Source: an uncultured Desulfobacter sp. (GTDB lineage Bacteria; Desulfobacterota; Desulfobacteria; Desulfobacterales; Desulfobacteraceae). From it: 64,000 bases of DNA. The stretch is taken from NCBI GenBank assembly GCA_963665095.1, contig OY762069.1:5664001-5728000 (forward strand). The letters are read 5' to 3'. Every line of letters starts with the position of its first letter. Positions within the stretch are counted from its first letter, which is position 1. This document shows, one piece after another, positions 36,873 through 47,028 of this stretch. Under the pieces are notes generated by a model. That model worked only from the letters and a program-made list of their open reading frames with translations. It had not been told where the DNA came from and made no database searches. The position numbers and the translations under genes were made by a program.

Positions 36873-37340
36873 ATGACATTGATGGACGGCAGTCTGGATG
36901 AACTTGAAACTCAGATTATACTGGCCCTTCAGGAGGATGCCCGTAAATCATACAAAAGCATTGCCAAAGAACTCGGGGTTGCCGAGGGCACGGTAAGCAA
37001 CCGGGTCAACCGCCTGATCCAGCAGGGCATACTCAAACTTGAGGCCCGGGTCAACCCCTTTGCGCTTTCCAATAAAGTAGCGGCCATTTTAGGCATCAAC
37101 ATCAAGCGGCAGTTCCATGCCAAGGCCGTCAGCGAGATCATGGCACTTCCCAACGTCAATGCCGTATGGGTGACCACAGGCAAGTATGATATTTTTGTGG
37201 AGGTGATGGCAGACTCCATCAAGGAACTCAATATCTTTATATTTGAAGAAGGGTTGAGTAATGTGGAGGGAATTGAAGCCACTGAAACCCACATTATGCT
37301 GCATTCAGACAGCAAATTTTTTAAAATTAGCCCGCCGTAG
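36873..37340 (+). CDS. Lrp/AsnC-family regulator
   Basis: 'LQEDARKSY..IAKELGV..GTV..RV.RL', 'TTGKYD'. Confidence 0.92.
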   Translation: MTLMDGSLDELETQIILALQEDARKSYKSIAKELGVAEGTVSNRVNRLIQQGILKLEARVNPFALSNKVAAILGINIKRQFHAKAVSEIMALPNVNAVWVTTGKYDIFVEVMADSIKELNIFIFEEGLSNVEGIEATETHIMLHSDSKFFKISPP

Positions 37341-37593
37341 GGGGGAGAATCGGATCCAAGCCAGATCAAATTAACTCACATTCACTCTTATTGAAATCTG
37401 CCCAATAAAATTTCTTGTTTTTAAAATGGTGTATATTTGTATCATTTTTAATACGTTCTTTGTCGAACCACATCTAATTCGTTTGAATCTGTAATTTCGT
37501 ATAGCCGCTTGTCATGGAAAAAATGGATTGTTTTTACCGCAATTTTCATATCAGAAGATTTGCGTTTGGAAGAGAACGACTTTTTTCTAAAAA

Positions 37594-39151
37594 TTATAAT
37601 CCGTTCAAACTGGGGGCCTCTGACAGGTCCAGCGCCTTCTGGGCTCCGGAAGCGGCCGATTCCGCCTGTTGAGCAGACAGCTTGCTTGAGTAGTTGAGTT
37701 CTTCCACGGTAGTGTTGGTCTGCTGTACTGCCGATGCCTGCTGCCGGATCACAGCTTCCTGCTCCGTCACTGAGGTGGTAATCTGTGCGGAGGAGGAAGA
37801 CAGAATGCTGATAATCTGGTTCAAAGGCCGGCTGACGGTTCTGGCAAAAAGAATACCTATGCCCAGCACACCTAACCCGCCGGTGACACCGAGAACCATC
37901 ATGGCATTTCGCAGGTCATAAAAGGATTCAAAGGCCTCTGCCTCACCAATGGTTGTCACAACTGCCCATCGGGTGCCCAGGGTATCTAAAGGCGCATAGC
38001 CGGCAATAACTTGGACGCCCCGGTAATCAGTGGTGACGCCAACGCCTTCTTCTCCCTGTAATGCAGCATGGACCACGGGACTGTCATAGGGAAGAATGCC
38101 AATGGCGGATTGTTGGCGGTTGACCTGATCAATGGTTGCCTGATCCACCCCTGCGGCTAAAAGCTGTTTTGCCAGCAGCTCCGGGGCCTGGGCAAAATGC
38201 CGCGAGGAGGATCGAAATTTCATATCTGGCCCAATGAGCAGGTTTTCTCCGGTTTTTCCCAATCCCATGCTTTGCCATTTATGGTTATTGGTCATGATGT
38301 TATTAATACCTTCAATGGAAACCTGAAAAATGATCGCACCAAGGATTTTTTCTTTTTCAAAAACAGGGGCGGCAATGAACGCCGCCGGTTTATTATATAA
38401 TGGCGGGTAGGGTTTAAAATCAGCAAAAAAAGTGGTCCCTTCTTGTTTTGCGGCCACAGCCTGTTTATATACACCGGCAATATTGGTATTGGCATAGGGT
38501 CCTGTGAGCAGGCTGGTGCCAAAATCAACTGCTTTGGTCACCGAATAGCCAATGTTCCCGGTTTCAGCGTTCACCAGAAAAAGATCACGGGTACCAAAAT
38601 TCTCCACAAAACTGCGGTATACAGGGTGATAACGGCTATGAATTACAGAGTAGGAACTCTTATCGTCAGCTTTATCCAGTTTTTGTTTTTCATTGACGGG
38701 AAAAGGATTGTTTGCAATATACCGGTACTACAGATATTGAACTGACCAAGACCTGGGGCCACCACAGGGAAAGCGCATCAGGCGGGGCATTAATGGTATT
38801 GGACTGCTGATAGACATACCTGGCTTTCAGCCGGGAGTTGACCAGGGATTCCTCAGCGTAGAACGCGTGTTGTTCAGTCCTGTTGAACGACTTGAATCCC
38901 ATGGTTAAACGATCCATGGCATCAATGGTCATGATGTTTTGGGCCTGGGTCACCACCTGGCGCCGGACGGTATCCAGGTACAAGGCAATGGTTTCCTTTC
39001 GGCTTTCCTCCAGAAAAGAGAGCTGATCCATGGTCTTTTTTCTCAGTGCAGACTTTGAATTGAAAAATGCATAGGTGCTGATGGGACAAAAGGGCGTCAG
39101 GCCGATAAGTATAAATAAACCGATGAGTTTATGGAATAGTTTAAATTTCAT
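37594..39151 (-). pseudogene. Methyl-accepting chemotaxis protein (dCache sensor): frameshifted, nonsense-mutated and 3'-truncated
   Basis: TM1 in 38690-39151; Cache, TM2 and start of signalling helix ('QQASAVQQT..TVEEL') in 37594-38607; frame change plus TAG near 38730; ends early in the signalling domain. Confidence 0.8.
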
Positions 39152-39484
39152 GACATTTGCTCCCGGTGTGTTAATTCGTAATTTTATGGTTCACCACCAG
39201 CATGCCGTCGGTAAGGATATGCTTCAGATCAACTATTCATTTTAAAAATTCTGCTGAAAAAACGGGGTGTCTAATCATATTACCCTGGCAATCAAAAATA
39301 GAAGAATGAAATTCTTTGAAATCTATATGAAAATTTTTCAAAATACGAATCGCATCCGGACCAATACGATTATGCGATCCTTGTTTTGTCCCCAACCGCC
39401 TTGATTACTTAAGCGTGCTTATTTATTAGAGTTTTGTCAATATAAGATGTCGACCCAATATATATTATGGTGCCTGTACGAAAC

Positions 39485-41710
39485 CTAACGTGTTCGGACT
39501 TTCAGGGGCCGGGCCGCACTGGCCACGGCCGTCAATGTAATCAGGTTATGAATCAGTGCTCCCGCAAAGGGCGAAATAATGCCGGTGAGCATGAGCAGCA
39601 GGGTTGCACTGTTCAGGCCAATGGCCAGGGAATAGCTTTTGCGGATCACTGACAGGGCATGCTGCCCTAAGTCCAGGGTATCTGCCACACCACCAAGGCC
39701 GCCGTGCTGCAGAACGACATCCGCACATTCAAGGGTTAAATCTTCACCTGCCTCACCCACGGCAAAACTTAAGTGAGACCTGGAAAAGGCCGGGGTGTCG
39801 TTGATCCCGTCCCCTGCCATGGCAATAACGGCAAGGGGATTTTCCTGTTTTTTACCTGCAATCCATTCAGCCTTGTCTTCGGGCGACATCCCCCAGTGAA
39901 CCTCGTCAAAGGCAAGGCGCGCAATTAAATCCCGGGTGCCCTCCCGGGTATCTCCGGTGAGGAGGATGATATGCGAAATGCCCATCCGGCGCAGCCGGTC
40001 CAGGGTGTCGGCGCCGGCATCAGACCGGATCACATGGGTCGCATGGATGCATCCTAAAATATGATCATCAAAGGCCACATAGACAACTGAATCTGACGGA
40101 TATGCGTCGGCACGGCCCCGGGCCTTATGGGCCCCAGATCCGGGTGCACAGGACTCAGGCAGTTTCACACCCCTTTCGGCCATGAATTTGCCGGAACCGG
40201 CCAGAAGGGTGCGCAACCCGGTTCCGGTCCGGATATTTGCTTCAACCCCCTGGCCCACAACCAGTTTCCGGGTATCGCAGGAGGGCAGGTCCAGATCCAG
40301 CTCATGGGCTTTGACGGCCACAGCCCGGCTTAAGGGGTGGTTCCAGGTGGCAAGTGCGGCCGCAGCCAGCTTTAAAATGGTATGGTCCTTATAACGGCGG
40401 TCCACCGCCACCACCCGGGTCACTCGGGCCGTGTTTTCAGTCAGGGTGCCGGTTTTATCCAAAACCAGCATATTGACCCGGCCGGCGGTTTCCACATGGG
40501 AGCCGCCCTTGATCAGAATTCCTTTGGACGCTGCCTGGCCCATGGCGACAGACACAGCTGTTGACGTAGACAGACGAAGGGCACAGGGACAGGTCACCAT
40601 GATGGTGGCAATGGCAAGGAACAACGACCCGGTCATTAAAAAGGCAACCCCGGCCAGGGCCAAAGAGACGGGCACCATGTACTGGGAAATTTTCAGGCTG
40701 GCCCGGCCCATCTCCCCTAAATCGGTCTGGGCAGACTCAATGAGCCGGATAATGGAAGCCATCCGGGTCTGGTCCCCGGTCTTTTCCACCGCCACCCACA
40801 CATGGCCATCCTCCACCAGAGTACCGGCCAGCACCGTATGGTCAATATCTTTTACCACAGGCAGGCTTTCCCCTGTCATGACCGCCTCGTTGACAAGGGC
40901 AGTGCCTTTGACCACCCGGCCGTCCACCGGCACGGTACTGCCCTGGCAAAGAACGATGGTGTCACCGGGAAGAAGATCTTCAATACCCACCCGCACTTCC
41001 ACCCCCTCCACCAGTTTCCAGGCATGTACCTGACGTCCTGTCAGCATATCTGAAACCATTTTTCGCGTATGCTGCCGGATCCGCGATTCCATCCAGCCGG
41101 ACAGGTTATAAAGCCAGGCCACCACAAGTGCCGTAAGAATATTGCCGGTAATAAGTGAGAGATAGAGCAGGCCGGTGGAGATAAAACTCATGTCCATGCG
41201 CCCGGTGGTTTTAAAATTTTCCACGGCCTGGCGCTGGATGGGCATGGCCAGCCACAGGGTCAGCGCCACGGGCAGGCTGACCAGGCGGGCCAGAAGCGTG
41301 CCGGCGGTGGGCATCGGCGCAAATATCCGCTTGATGACCAGCCATCCAATGTAGATGCCGGATACGATCAGGGTGGCGCCGGATACGTGACAGGATTTGT
41401 CCGCATCCGGAGTTTTAAGGGAAAACGCGCCGGAACCACCGGCCGCCGCCTTTTGGATTTTCAATTTTTCAAGCGCAGCTGCCTGGCCGGATATCTGCCG
41501 GATCAGGGCGTTGAGATCCGGCACCCGCTCCGGGTGAACCAGAACAACGGAACCTGTCCCGGGCCGGACCTCAACAGAATGAAAACCACCCTGGTTTTCA
41601 AGCAGAGATTGGACATGGGTACAGCAGGCCGGCTGGTGCCGCAACCCCGGAAACTGAATCCGGGTCCGAAAAGATGTGACCTGCCTAAGTTTAAACCGCA
41701 TCCCGTCCAT
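39485..41710 (-). CDS. Heavy-metal P1B-type ATPase (TCPC motif)
   Basis: TGES, TCPC, DKTGT, HP, GDGINDTPA, TM6 'HNLIT'. Confidence 0.9.
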   Translation of the reverse strand: MDGMRFKLRQVTSFRTRIQFPGLRHQPACCTHVQSLLENQGGFHSVEVRPGTGSVVLVHPERVPDLNALIRQISGQAAALEKLKIQKAAAGGSGAFSLKTPDADKSCHVSGATLIVSGIYIGWLVIKRIFAPMPTAGTLLARLVSLPVALTLWLAMPIQRQAVENFKTTGRMDMSFISTGLLYLSLITGNILTALVVAWLYNLSGWMESRIRQHTRKMVSDMLTGRQVHAWKLVEGVEVRVGIEDLLPGDTIVLCQGSTVPVDGRVVKGTALVNEAVMTGESLPVVKDIDHTVLAGTLVEDGHVWVAVEKTGDQTRMASIIRLIESAQTDLGEMGRASLKISQYMVPVSLALAGVAFLMTGSLFLAIATIMVTCPCALRLSTSTAVSVAMGQAASKGILIKGGSHVETAGRVNMLVLDKTGTLTENTARVTRVVAVDRRYKDHTILKLAAAALATWNHPLSRAVAVKAHELDLDLPSCDTRKLVVGQGVEANIRTGTGLRTLLAGSGKFMAERGVKLPESCAPGSGAHKARGRADAYPSDSVVYVAFDDHILGCIHATHVIRSDAGADTLDRLRRMGISHIILLTGDTREGTRDLIARLAFDEVHWGMSPEDKAEWIAGKKQENPLAVIAMAGDGINDTPAFSRSHLSFAVGEAGEDLTLECADVVLQHGGLGGVADTLDLGQHALSVIRKSYSLAIGLNSATLLLMLTGIISPFAGALIHNLITLTAVASAARPLKVRTR

Positions 41711-41771
41711 TCACACCAAATCAAAAAGCGTTAAACTTTTTTAAATAAACCCTAAAATAACCATCTTTGCC

Positions 41772-41896
41772 GTATTTGGACGCAAAGTGGTTCAGATGCA
41801 AGGCGCAGGAAATGTTGCAACCGGAGCAACCTTAAGGTTGTGAGGATTGTAACTTTTCCTGCAACGCCGCAGGTGGGCCGCTTTGGGTTCAAATAC
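41772..41896. repeat. ~125-bp palindromic intergenic element (ERIC/MITE-like)
   Basis: Imperfect terminal inverted repeats GTATTTGGACGCAAAGTGG / CCGCTTTGGGTTCAAATAC, nested internal inverted repeats, centre CAACCTTAAGGTTG; partial copy near 24 kb. Confidence 0.7.
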
Positions 41897-42252
41897 TATT
41901 TTTTGCCTGCTGCTTCTGCTTCTACCTCTGCTTTAGCATCTTCAAACTTTTCCTTGATTTCCTCAACACCGGCGGATGCTGCTGCCACACACTTGGAAAA
42001 AGTTTTGACCACGGCTTTCTGTACCGTTTCATTGGTTACCAGAAGGGCCACGCCCGCCCCTAAAACGGCGCCCTTCCAAAAGGTGGCGGAGGTGGCATCA
42101 AGGCCCAAAAAAGAGGTGGCCGGGGCCTGTGCCACCTGCTGGGCCGCATAGGCCGGTTGCTGGACCTGGGCTGCTGCCGCTGCCGGGTCCTGATTCTGGG
42201 CAGATGCCTGATAATAGACCTGCTGGGTATTGGGATCAACATAGTAGCTCAT
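41896..42252 (-). CDS. Small GxxxG membrane protein with Q/A-rich N-terminus (Fez accessory-like)
   Basis: 'FWKGAVLGAGVALLVT' plus C-terminal coiled coil 'GVEEIKEKFEDAKAE'; RBS GAAGGA. Confidence 0.75.
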   Translation of the reverse strand: MSYYVDPNTQQVYYQASAQNQDPAAAAAQVQQPAYAAQQVAQAPATSFLGLDATSATFWKGAVLGAGVALLVTNETVQKAVVKTFSKCVAAASAGVEEIKEKFEDAKAEVEAEAAGKK

Positions 42253-42363
42253 AGTTTTTCCTTCTTATATGGAAATTAAATAACTTAACTGGATTAATAT
42301 CATTGCTTTGCTGCAGGCCGTACCCGGACAGATATCTGCTCCGAATATTGGCCATGGCCGTTA

Positions 42364-42789
42364 TCAGGAAACAATGCGGTGAATCAGGTAGCTGACGCCC
42401 GTGGCAGCGGCCACGGTAACTGCTAACCCTGCGACACCCCCGCTGGTCAGGCCGGCTGCGGCTGCTGTGGCGCAGGCTGCTGCCGTGCCGCCGATGGCTC
42501 CTTTGGCAAGGCTGTCCCCGGCGGCCTGCCCCAGGGTCATTTCACCTTTGCCCACCTTGTTGAGGTTGGCGCCCATGGTGCCGGTGGATACCACAATAAA
42601 CCCGAAAATCCCGGCGCCGGCTGTTTGCGATGCAGCAGGGACAGAGGCCTTTGCCGGATAATTCGCGGTGGACATTTTCACAGGTGCGGCCGGATAAACC
42701 TGCACCGGGACAGCCTGGACATTGCTGTACTGGTGCAGCGGTGTGGTCTGATGGGCCGGGGTATGGGTGGAACTTGACGCATTTTCCAT
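42364..42789 (-). CDS. Gly/Ala-rich membrane protein, MamC-like
   Basis: 'GANLNKVGKGEMTLGQAAGDSLAKGAIGG' between hydrophobic segments; RBS AAGGAG. Confidence 0.65.
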   Translation of the reverse strand: MENASSSTHTPAHQTTPLHQYSNVQAVPVQVYPAAPVKMSTANYPAKASVPAASQTAGAGIFGFIVVSTGTMGANLNKVGKGEMTLGQAAGDSLAKGAIGGTAAACATAAAAGLTSGGVAGLAVTVAAATGVSYLIHRIVS

Positions 42790-42816
42790 GGGGTAACTCC
42801 TTATATATGATAGCTT

Positions 42817-43503
42817 TTATTTTTTATCCGGATCCATATCCGGGGAAGGCGTCTGGGCCTGGGTCGCTTTATTCCCGAAAAGACTGCCAAACGTCTTTCC
42901 CATGCCTTTGCGCACGGATTCACTGGTCAAAAGAACGGTTGCAGCCGCCCCTACAATGGCTCCCTTCCAGAACTGGTCGTCCTGGGCGGTTTCCGAATAG
43001 AGCGTCTTTACGACATCCGCCACAGAGGCATCCCCTTCGGCAAAATCTTCAACCGATTTAATGATATTGGAAAAATCGGGCTGACGGGCAGCTTCCTGGG
43101 CCGGATCCTGAATTGGGATCTGTCCGGGGGCCGCCTGCTGGGCGCCATAAAAAAACTGGCTGCCGGGTGCCGCCATCTGCACGGGCTGTCCCTGGAAACC
43201 CGGGGCATAGTACAACTGGCCCGTGGCCGGGTCCATTAAAATATTGGGCTGATACGGTGCCTGCTGACCCGTTCCCTGGGCCTGGGCGTCCTTTGCCGGA
43301 TCTAACGTCTGCTGTTCTGAGCCAGAGGCCCGTGATGACATACCCTGATCTGCCAAATCCGGTTCAGGCATGCTGTCTGCCGCAGATTCCGGGTTGGAAG
43401 AAGCAGCGCCCCGGGCGCTGTTTTCCATGCTTCCGGTTCCAGTCTCCGGGACCTGAGAAGCCTGGGCGCCATCCACAGAAGACTGATTATCGTGGGATTC
43501 CAT
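42817..43503 (-). CDS. GxxxG membrane protein with long disordered N-terminus; paralogue of 41896-42252
   Basis: 'FWKGAIVGAAATVLLT'; RBS AGGAGG. Confidence 0.72.
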   Translation of the reverse strand: MESHDNQSSVDGAQASQVPETGTGSMENSARGAASSNPESAADSMPEPDLADQGMSSRASGSEQQTLDPAKDAQAQGTGQQAPYQPNILMDPATGQLYYAPGFQGQPVQMAAPGSQFFYGAQQAAPGQIPIQDPAQEAARQPDFSNIIKSVEDFAEGDASVADVVKTLYSETAQDDQFWKGAIVGAAATVLLTSESVRKGMGKTFGSLFGNKATQAQTPSPDMDPDKK

Positions 43504-43615
43504 CTATTCCTCCTAAAGGGGATATAAGTGTTATGTTAATCTAACATTTGGTATGTTTTTCAGAAAAAGAGCGCTCTTTTTTAATACCGAAAACAGCTCT
43601 GATTCTCAAGCTTTT

Positions 43616-44164
43616 TCAGGGAATCGGATCTGCAGAAGGGGTTCGTGCAAATTCTCCTTTACCTGAAATATCCACAATGTCTCTTACGGTCAGAAACAAA
43701 AGGCGCGGTGCCTTAAGCCCGTAGGCCCTGAATGACCACTTAAAATCCAGGTCAATGGAAAACCCTGATCCGTTCCGGGTGATCATGAAGTTCAAAGGCA
43801 GGCGGCGCCGGGCACCTATGAATTCCAGGGCAGCCTGCACACTGACCTGATACCGCGACTCATCCAGGCGTGAAAATCCTGTCTGTTCAATCATTTCAAC
43901 GCTGGCTTCAGGGTATTTATCAACCTGCATATACTCAAACATGGCCCGGTTGCGGTCATCAAACCCGGTATCAAAATGCCGGGTCTGGGCAACCGCCCGG
44001 GCATGGGTTAAAAGGCCTGAATGAAAATTAATTTCCATTTCCGCTTCCACCCCCTGACAGGTCCAGCCTTTAAAGGTATGAAGGGGGGCATATGCGATGA
44101 AACGAACGTCGTAGCCGCTGTTTAATGTATAGGTGTCAACAATTTCTTTAGTTTCGCAATTCAT
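43616..44164 (-). CDS. YceI-like (lipid/polyisoprenoid-binding) protein, no signal peptide
   Basis: 'PLHTFKG', 'FDTG..RN..M', 'KYP', 'YGLKAP.L..L.V.D.V'. Confidence 0.65.
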   Translation of the reverse strand: MNCETKEIVDTYTLNSGYDVRFIAYAPLHTFKGWTCQGVEAEMEINFHSGLLTHARAVAQTRHFDTGFDDRNRAMFEYMQVDKYPEASVEMIEQTGFSRLDESRYQVSVQAALEFIGARRRLPLNFMITRNGSGFSIDLDFKWSFRAYGLKAPRLLFLTVRDIVDISGKGEFARTPSADPIP

Positions 44165-46460
44165 CTTGGTCTTCTGACGGCTTTCCAGCCTTTTGTTCTA
44201 ATTTATGTCCCACAGGTTTCATGGGCTCACAGGGCGGTTCCCAGGAGAGAAGACGACCCGAATTGACCAGTATTCCTGCTGTATGAAAGATGTGAATCAT
44301 TCCGGCCATGACCGGAGAGAGTATTCCCAGCATGCCTAAGGCGGCACCTCCCAGGTCAGTAGATACCGCAAAATAGTGATTCTGGTCAATAACCTTCATG
44401 GTCTGGTGGCTTAAATTGCGCACTTTAATTAACCCTTCCAGGTTGGAATCAGCCAGGGCGATGTCGGCGGCTTCCAGGGCCACTTCGGCCCCACCGGCGC
44501 CTATGGCCACCCCGATGTCGGCCCGGGCCAGAGCCAGGGCATCGTTGACCCCGTCACCCACCATGACCACGCGATGCGCTTTTCGCAGTTCGTCCACCCG
44601 GTCGGCCTTTTCTTCGGGCAGCAACGGGGCCCGGCAATCGTCAAAGGGGAAGATATCCATCATGGTCCGGGCCACTTTTTCGCTGTCCCCGGTCACCAGA
44701 TGAATGGCCCTGACCCCGTCTTTTTTAAGACCCGAGAGCACTCTCACCGTTTCCGGACGGATGGGATTGGCGATCCCCATCATGCCCACGGCGCTGCCGT
44801 TCCTCGCCACATACACCACGGTGCGGCCCCTTGAAATTTCCCGGGCGCATATTTCGTCAAACCAGTCCGTCTCCACATCATTGTCAGACATAAATGCCTG
44901 GTTGCCCACCAGGACAACATCCTCGCATCCGATATTGCATGACACACCGCGGCCGGCCTGGAATTCACACACGGCATGAGCCCTGACATCCAGGTGGCGC
45001 GCCTTGGCCTCCTCCAGAATGGCCCGGGCCATGGGGTGCTGGTTGTGGGATTCTGCGGTGGCCGCCAGACTTAAAACATCATCTTCGGTCAGGTCAGGGT
45101 CCCGGCTTTCAATGGTCATGATCTGGGGGACATCACAGGTCAGGGTCCCGGTTTTATCAAAACAGTAGACATCGGTCTGTCCCACCAGCTCCAGATAGTA
45201 CCCGCCCTTGATCAAAATGGAGTGACGGGCCGCATTGGCCAGGGATGCGGTGATGGCGGATGATGCGGCCAGAACCGTGGCGCAGGGACAGGACATGACC
45301 AGCATCACGGTGAGTGCTCGCAACGGATCCAGTGTAAAGACCAGGGTGGCCAGGGTGGCGGCCAGGCCGATTTTCAAGAGTCGTGCGGCAAGCTCGTCCG
45401 CTTTCTGTTCCACCGGGGCCCGGTTGGCCAAAGAGTCCTCCACCAGACGCATGATACCGGCAAGATAGGTATCCTGTCCGGTTTTCATGGTGCGGATAAA
45501 CAAGGTTCCCTGGGAGATAATGGTTCCGGCGTATACCTTGTCGCCGATCTCCTTGAATACGGCTTCTGACCGGCCGTTAATTGTGGCCTCGTCCACCAGG
45601 GCGTCCCCGTCCAGGATAATCCCGTCCACAGGAATCTTCTCTCCGGTATGGGCTGCCACCACATCATCCGGGCGGATATCCGCCACCGGGGTCTCCACCT
45701 CCATACCGTCCCGCATTACATAAGCATTGGCCGGGGCCACCTCCAGGATGTTGCGGATGGCTTTTCTGGACCGCTGGGCCACATAGTCTTCGGTGAGCTC
45801 GGCCACATTGTAAATCCACAGAATCTGGATGGCGGAAAAGGCTTCCCCCATCATAATGGTGGCAATGGATCCGGCGGACAGGAACGGTTTGACCGTCACT
45901 TTTCTCTTTTCCGCCGTATCTTTGACAGCCTCTTTGATCAGAGGAATGGTGCCGGATATGGCGGCCAGCCCGAGAAAGGAAAGGGGGGTCTGGGCAAGGG
46001 CAAGGCCAAATACCCATTTGCGGATCAGGGCATAGACCATCACCCCAGAGAGCCAGCCCACCCGCCGGGCCTTGGATGAAAACGTAGCCGGCGTATCCAT
46101 TTCACACCGGCAACGGGTGCAGGCAGTGTTCTCATTTTCATTCTCAACATCACAGGTATCGGGAAAGGCCCTGGGGTTGGCCACCTGGATCAAAACAGCT
46201 GTAAGCAGGCCTGTAACATCTGCCTTTTCAGGATTAAATACAAGAATAACTGATCCGCTTGAGGGCCTGACATCAGCCTGGATGACGCCGGCATGAACCG
46301 CCATTACTTTCTGCATCCAAGCCGATTTTTGTTTGTTCTGACGGCAGACCGTCACTTGAACCCGCATCCTGCCCGGCATATACTGCCGGACCCGAATCCC
46401 GTTTTTTTTCAACAGGCCCGGGTTTAAAGGCCGGATTTTTCCATTTATCTTATTAGTCAT
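44148..46460 (-). CDS. Heavy-metal P1B-type ATPase (SCPC motif)
   Basis: N-terminal 'PGRMRV' HMA-like domain, SCPC, DKTGT, HP, GDGVNDA; start reassigned to 46460. Confidence 0.9.
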   Translation of the reverse strand: MTNKINGKIRPLNPGLLKKNGIRVRQYMPGRMRVQVTVCRQNKQKSAWMQKVMAVHAGVIQADVRPSSGSVILVFNPEKADVTGLLTAVLIQVANPRAFPDTCDVENENENTACTRCRCEMDTPATFSSKARRVGWLSGVMVYALIRKWVFGLALAQTPLSFLGLAAISGTIPLIKEAVKDTAEKRKVTVKPFLSAGSIATIMMGEAFSAIQILWIYNVAELTEDYVAQRSRKAIRNILEVAPANAYVMRDGMEVETPVADIRPDDVVAAHTGEKIPVDGIILDGDALVDEATINGRSEAVFKEIGDKVYAGTIISQGTLFIRTMKTGQDTYLAGIMRLVEDSLANRAPVEQKADELAARLLKIGLAATLATLVFTLDPLRALTVMLVMSCPCATVLAASSAITASLANAARHSILIKGGYYLELVGQTDVYCFDKTGTLTCDVPQIMTIESRDPDLTEDDVLSLAATAESHNQHPMARAILEEAKARHLDVRAHAVCEFQAGRGVSCNIGCEDVVLVGNQAFMSDNDVETDWFDEICAREISRGRTVVYVARNGSAVGMMGIANPIRPETVRVLSGLKKDGVRAIHLVTGDSEKVARTMMDIFPFDDCRAPLLPEEKADRVDELRKAHRVVMVGDGVNDALALARADIGVAIGAGGAEVALEAADIALADSNLEGLIKVRNLSHQTMKVIDQNHYFAVSTDLGGAALGMLGILSPVMAGMIHIFHTAGILVNSGRLLSWEPPCEPMKPVGHKLEQKAGKPSEDQDELRN

Positions 46461-46610
46461 ATTATTATCTTCAAAAGGGTTAATCTGGCCTGCCAAACTA
46501 TCACACCTCATTAGCCATTTCAAACTTTTATTTTATTTCTAATATTTTTTATAAAATAAATTTTAATTGTGAGTCTGCTCTAAATATTACATAGCTTAAA
46601 AAATTAATAC

Positions 46611-46639
46611 TTGACTATAAGATTAGTTGAAACTAATAT
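46611..46639 (+). promoter_or_regulatory. Sigma70 promoter with palindromic operator in the spacer
   Basis: TTGACT-17-TAATAT; ATTAGTTGAAACTAAT at 46622-46637. Confidence 0.6.
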
Positions 46640-46676
46640 GCCGTGACAATATATCAATTGCTTTTATGGAGGAGAT

Positions 46677-46817
46677 ATGGCACCCTTTATTCCAATCGCT
46701 TGTGGTCTTGCCACCGTACTTACCTGTGCCCTTGCCGTGGAAACAGGCAAGGGGACTAAAAAAACCATTGAACGCAGAAAAAGAAGAAATGCCAGAAAAA
46801 CTGGATCCCGAAGTTAA
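46677..46817 (+). CDS. Unannotated 46-aa membrane peptide MAPFIPIACGLATVLTCALAVETGKGTKKTIERRKRRNARKTGSRS
   Basis: RBS GGAGGAG 2 nt before ATG, hydrophobic N-terminus and basic tail; overlaps the start of the next gene. Confidence 0.65.
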   Translation: MAPFIPIACGLATVLTCALAVETGKGTKKTIERRKRRNARKTGSRS

Positions 46818-47028
46818 AAAAGAGATCGCTAAAATCACCATGACCGCCAGTTTAGGCGTGACCGTGATCACAGCGCCTTTTTTAAAAAAGAACAAAACTC
46901 TGAAAAATATCCATACCGGTGCCGGGGTATTGCTAGTGGGCAGTGCCCTGTGGCATCATTTTCTTTACCACTCTGAAAAAAAAGCAAAAAAGGCGATTCC
47001 TGCAGAACCGGAAACAAAAAAAGCCTGA
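46789..47028 (+). CDS. Small two-TM His-containing membrane protein
   Basis: 'KITMTASLGVTVIT..IHTGAGVLLVGSALWHH'; start reassigned to 46789. Confidence 0.65.
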   Translation: MPEKLDPEVKKEIAKITMTASLGVTVITAPFLKKNKTLKNIHTGAGVLLVGSALWHHFLYHSEKKAKKAIPAEPETKKA

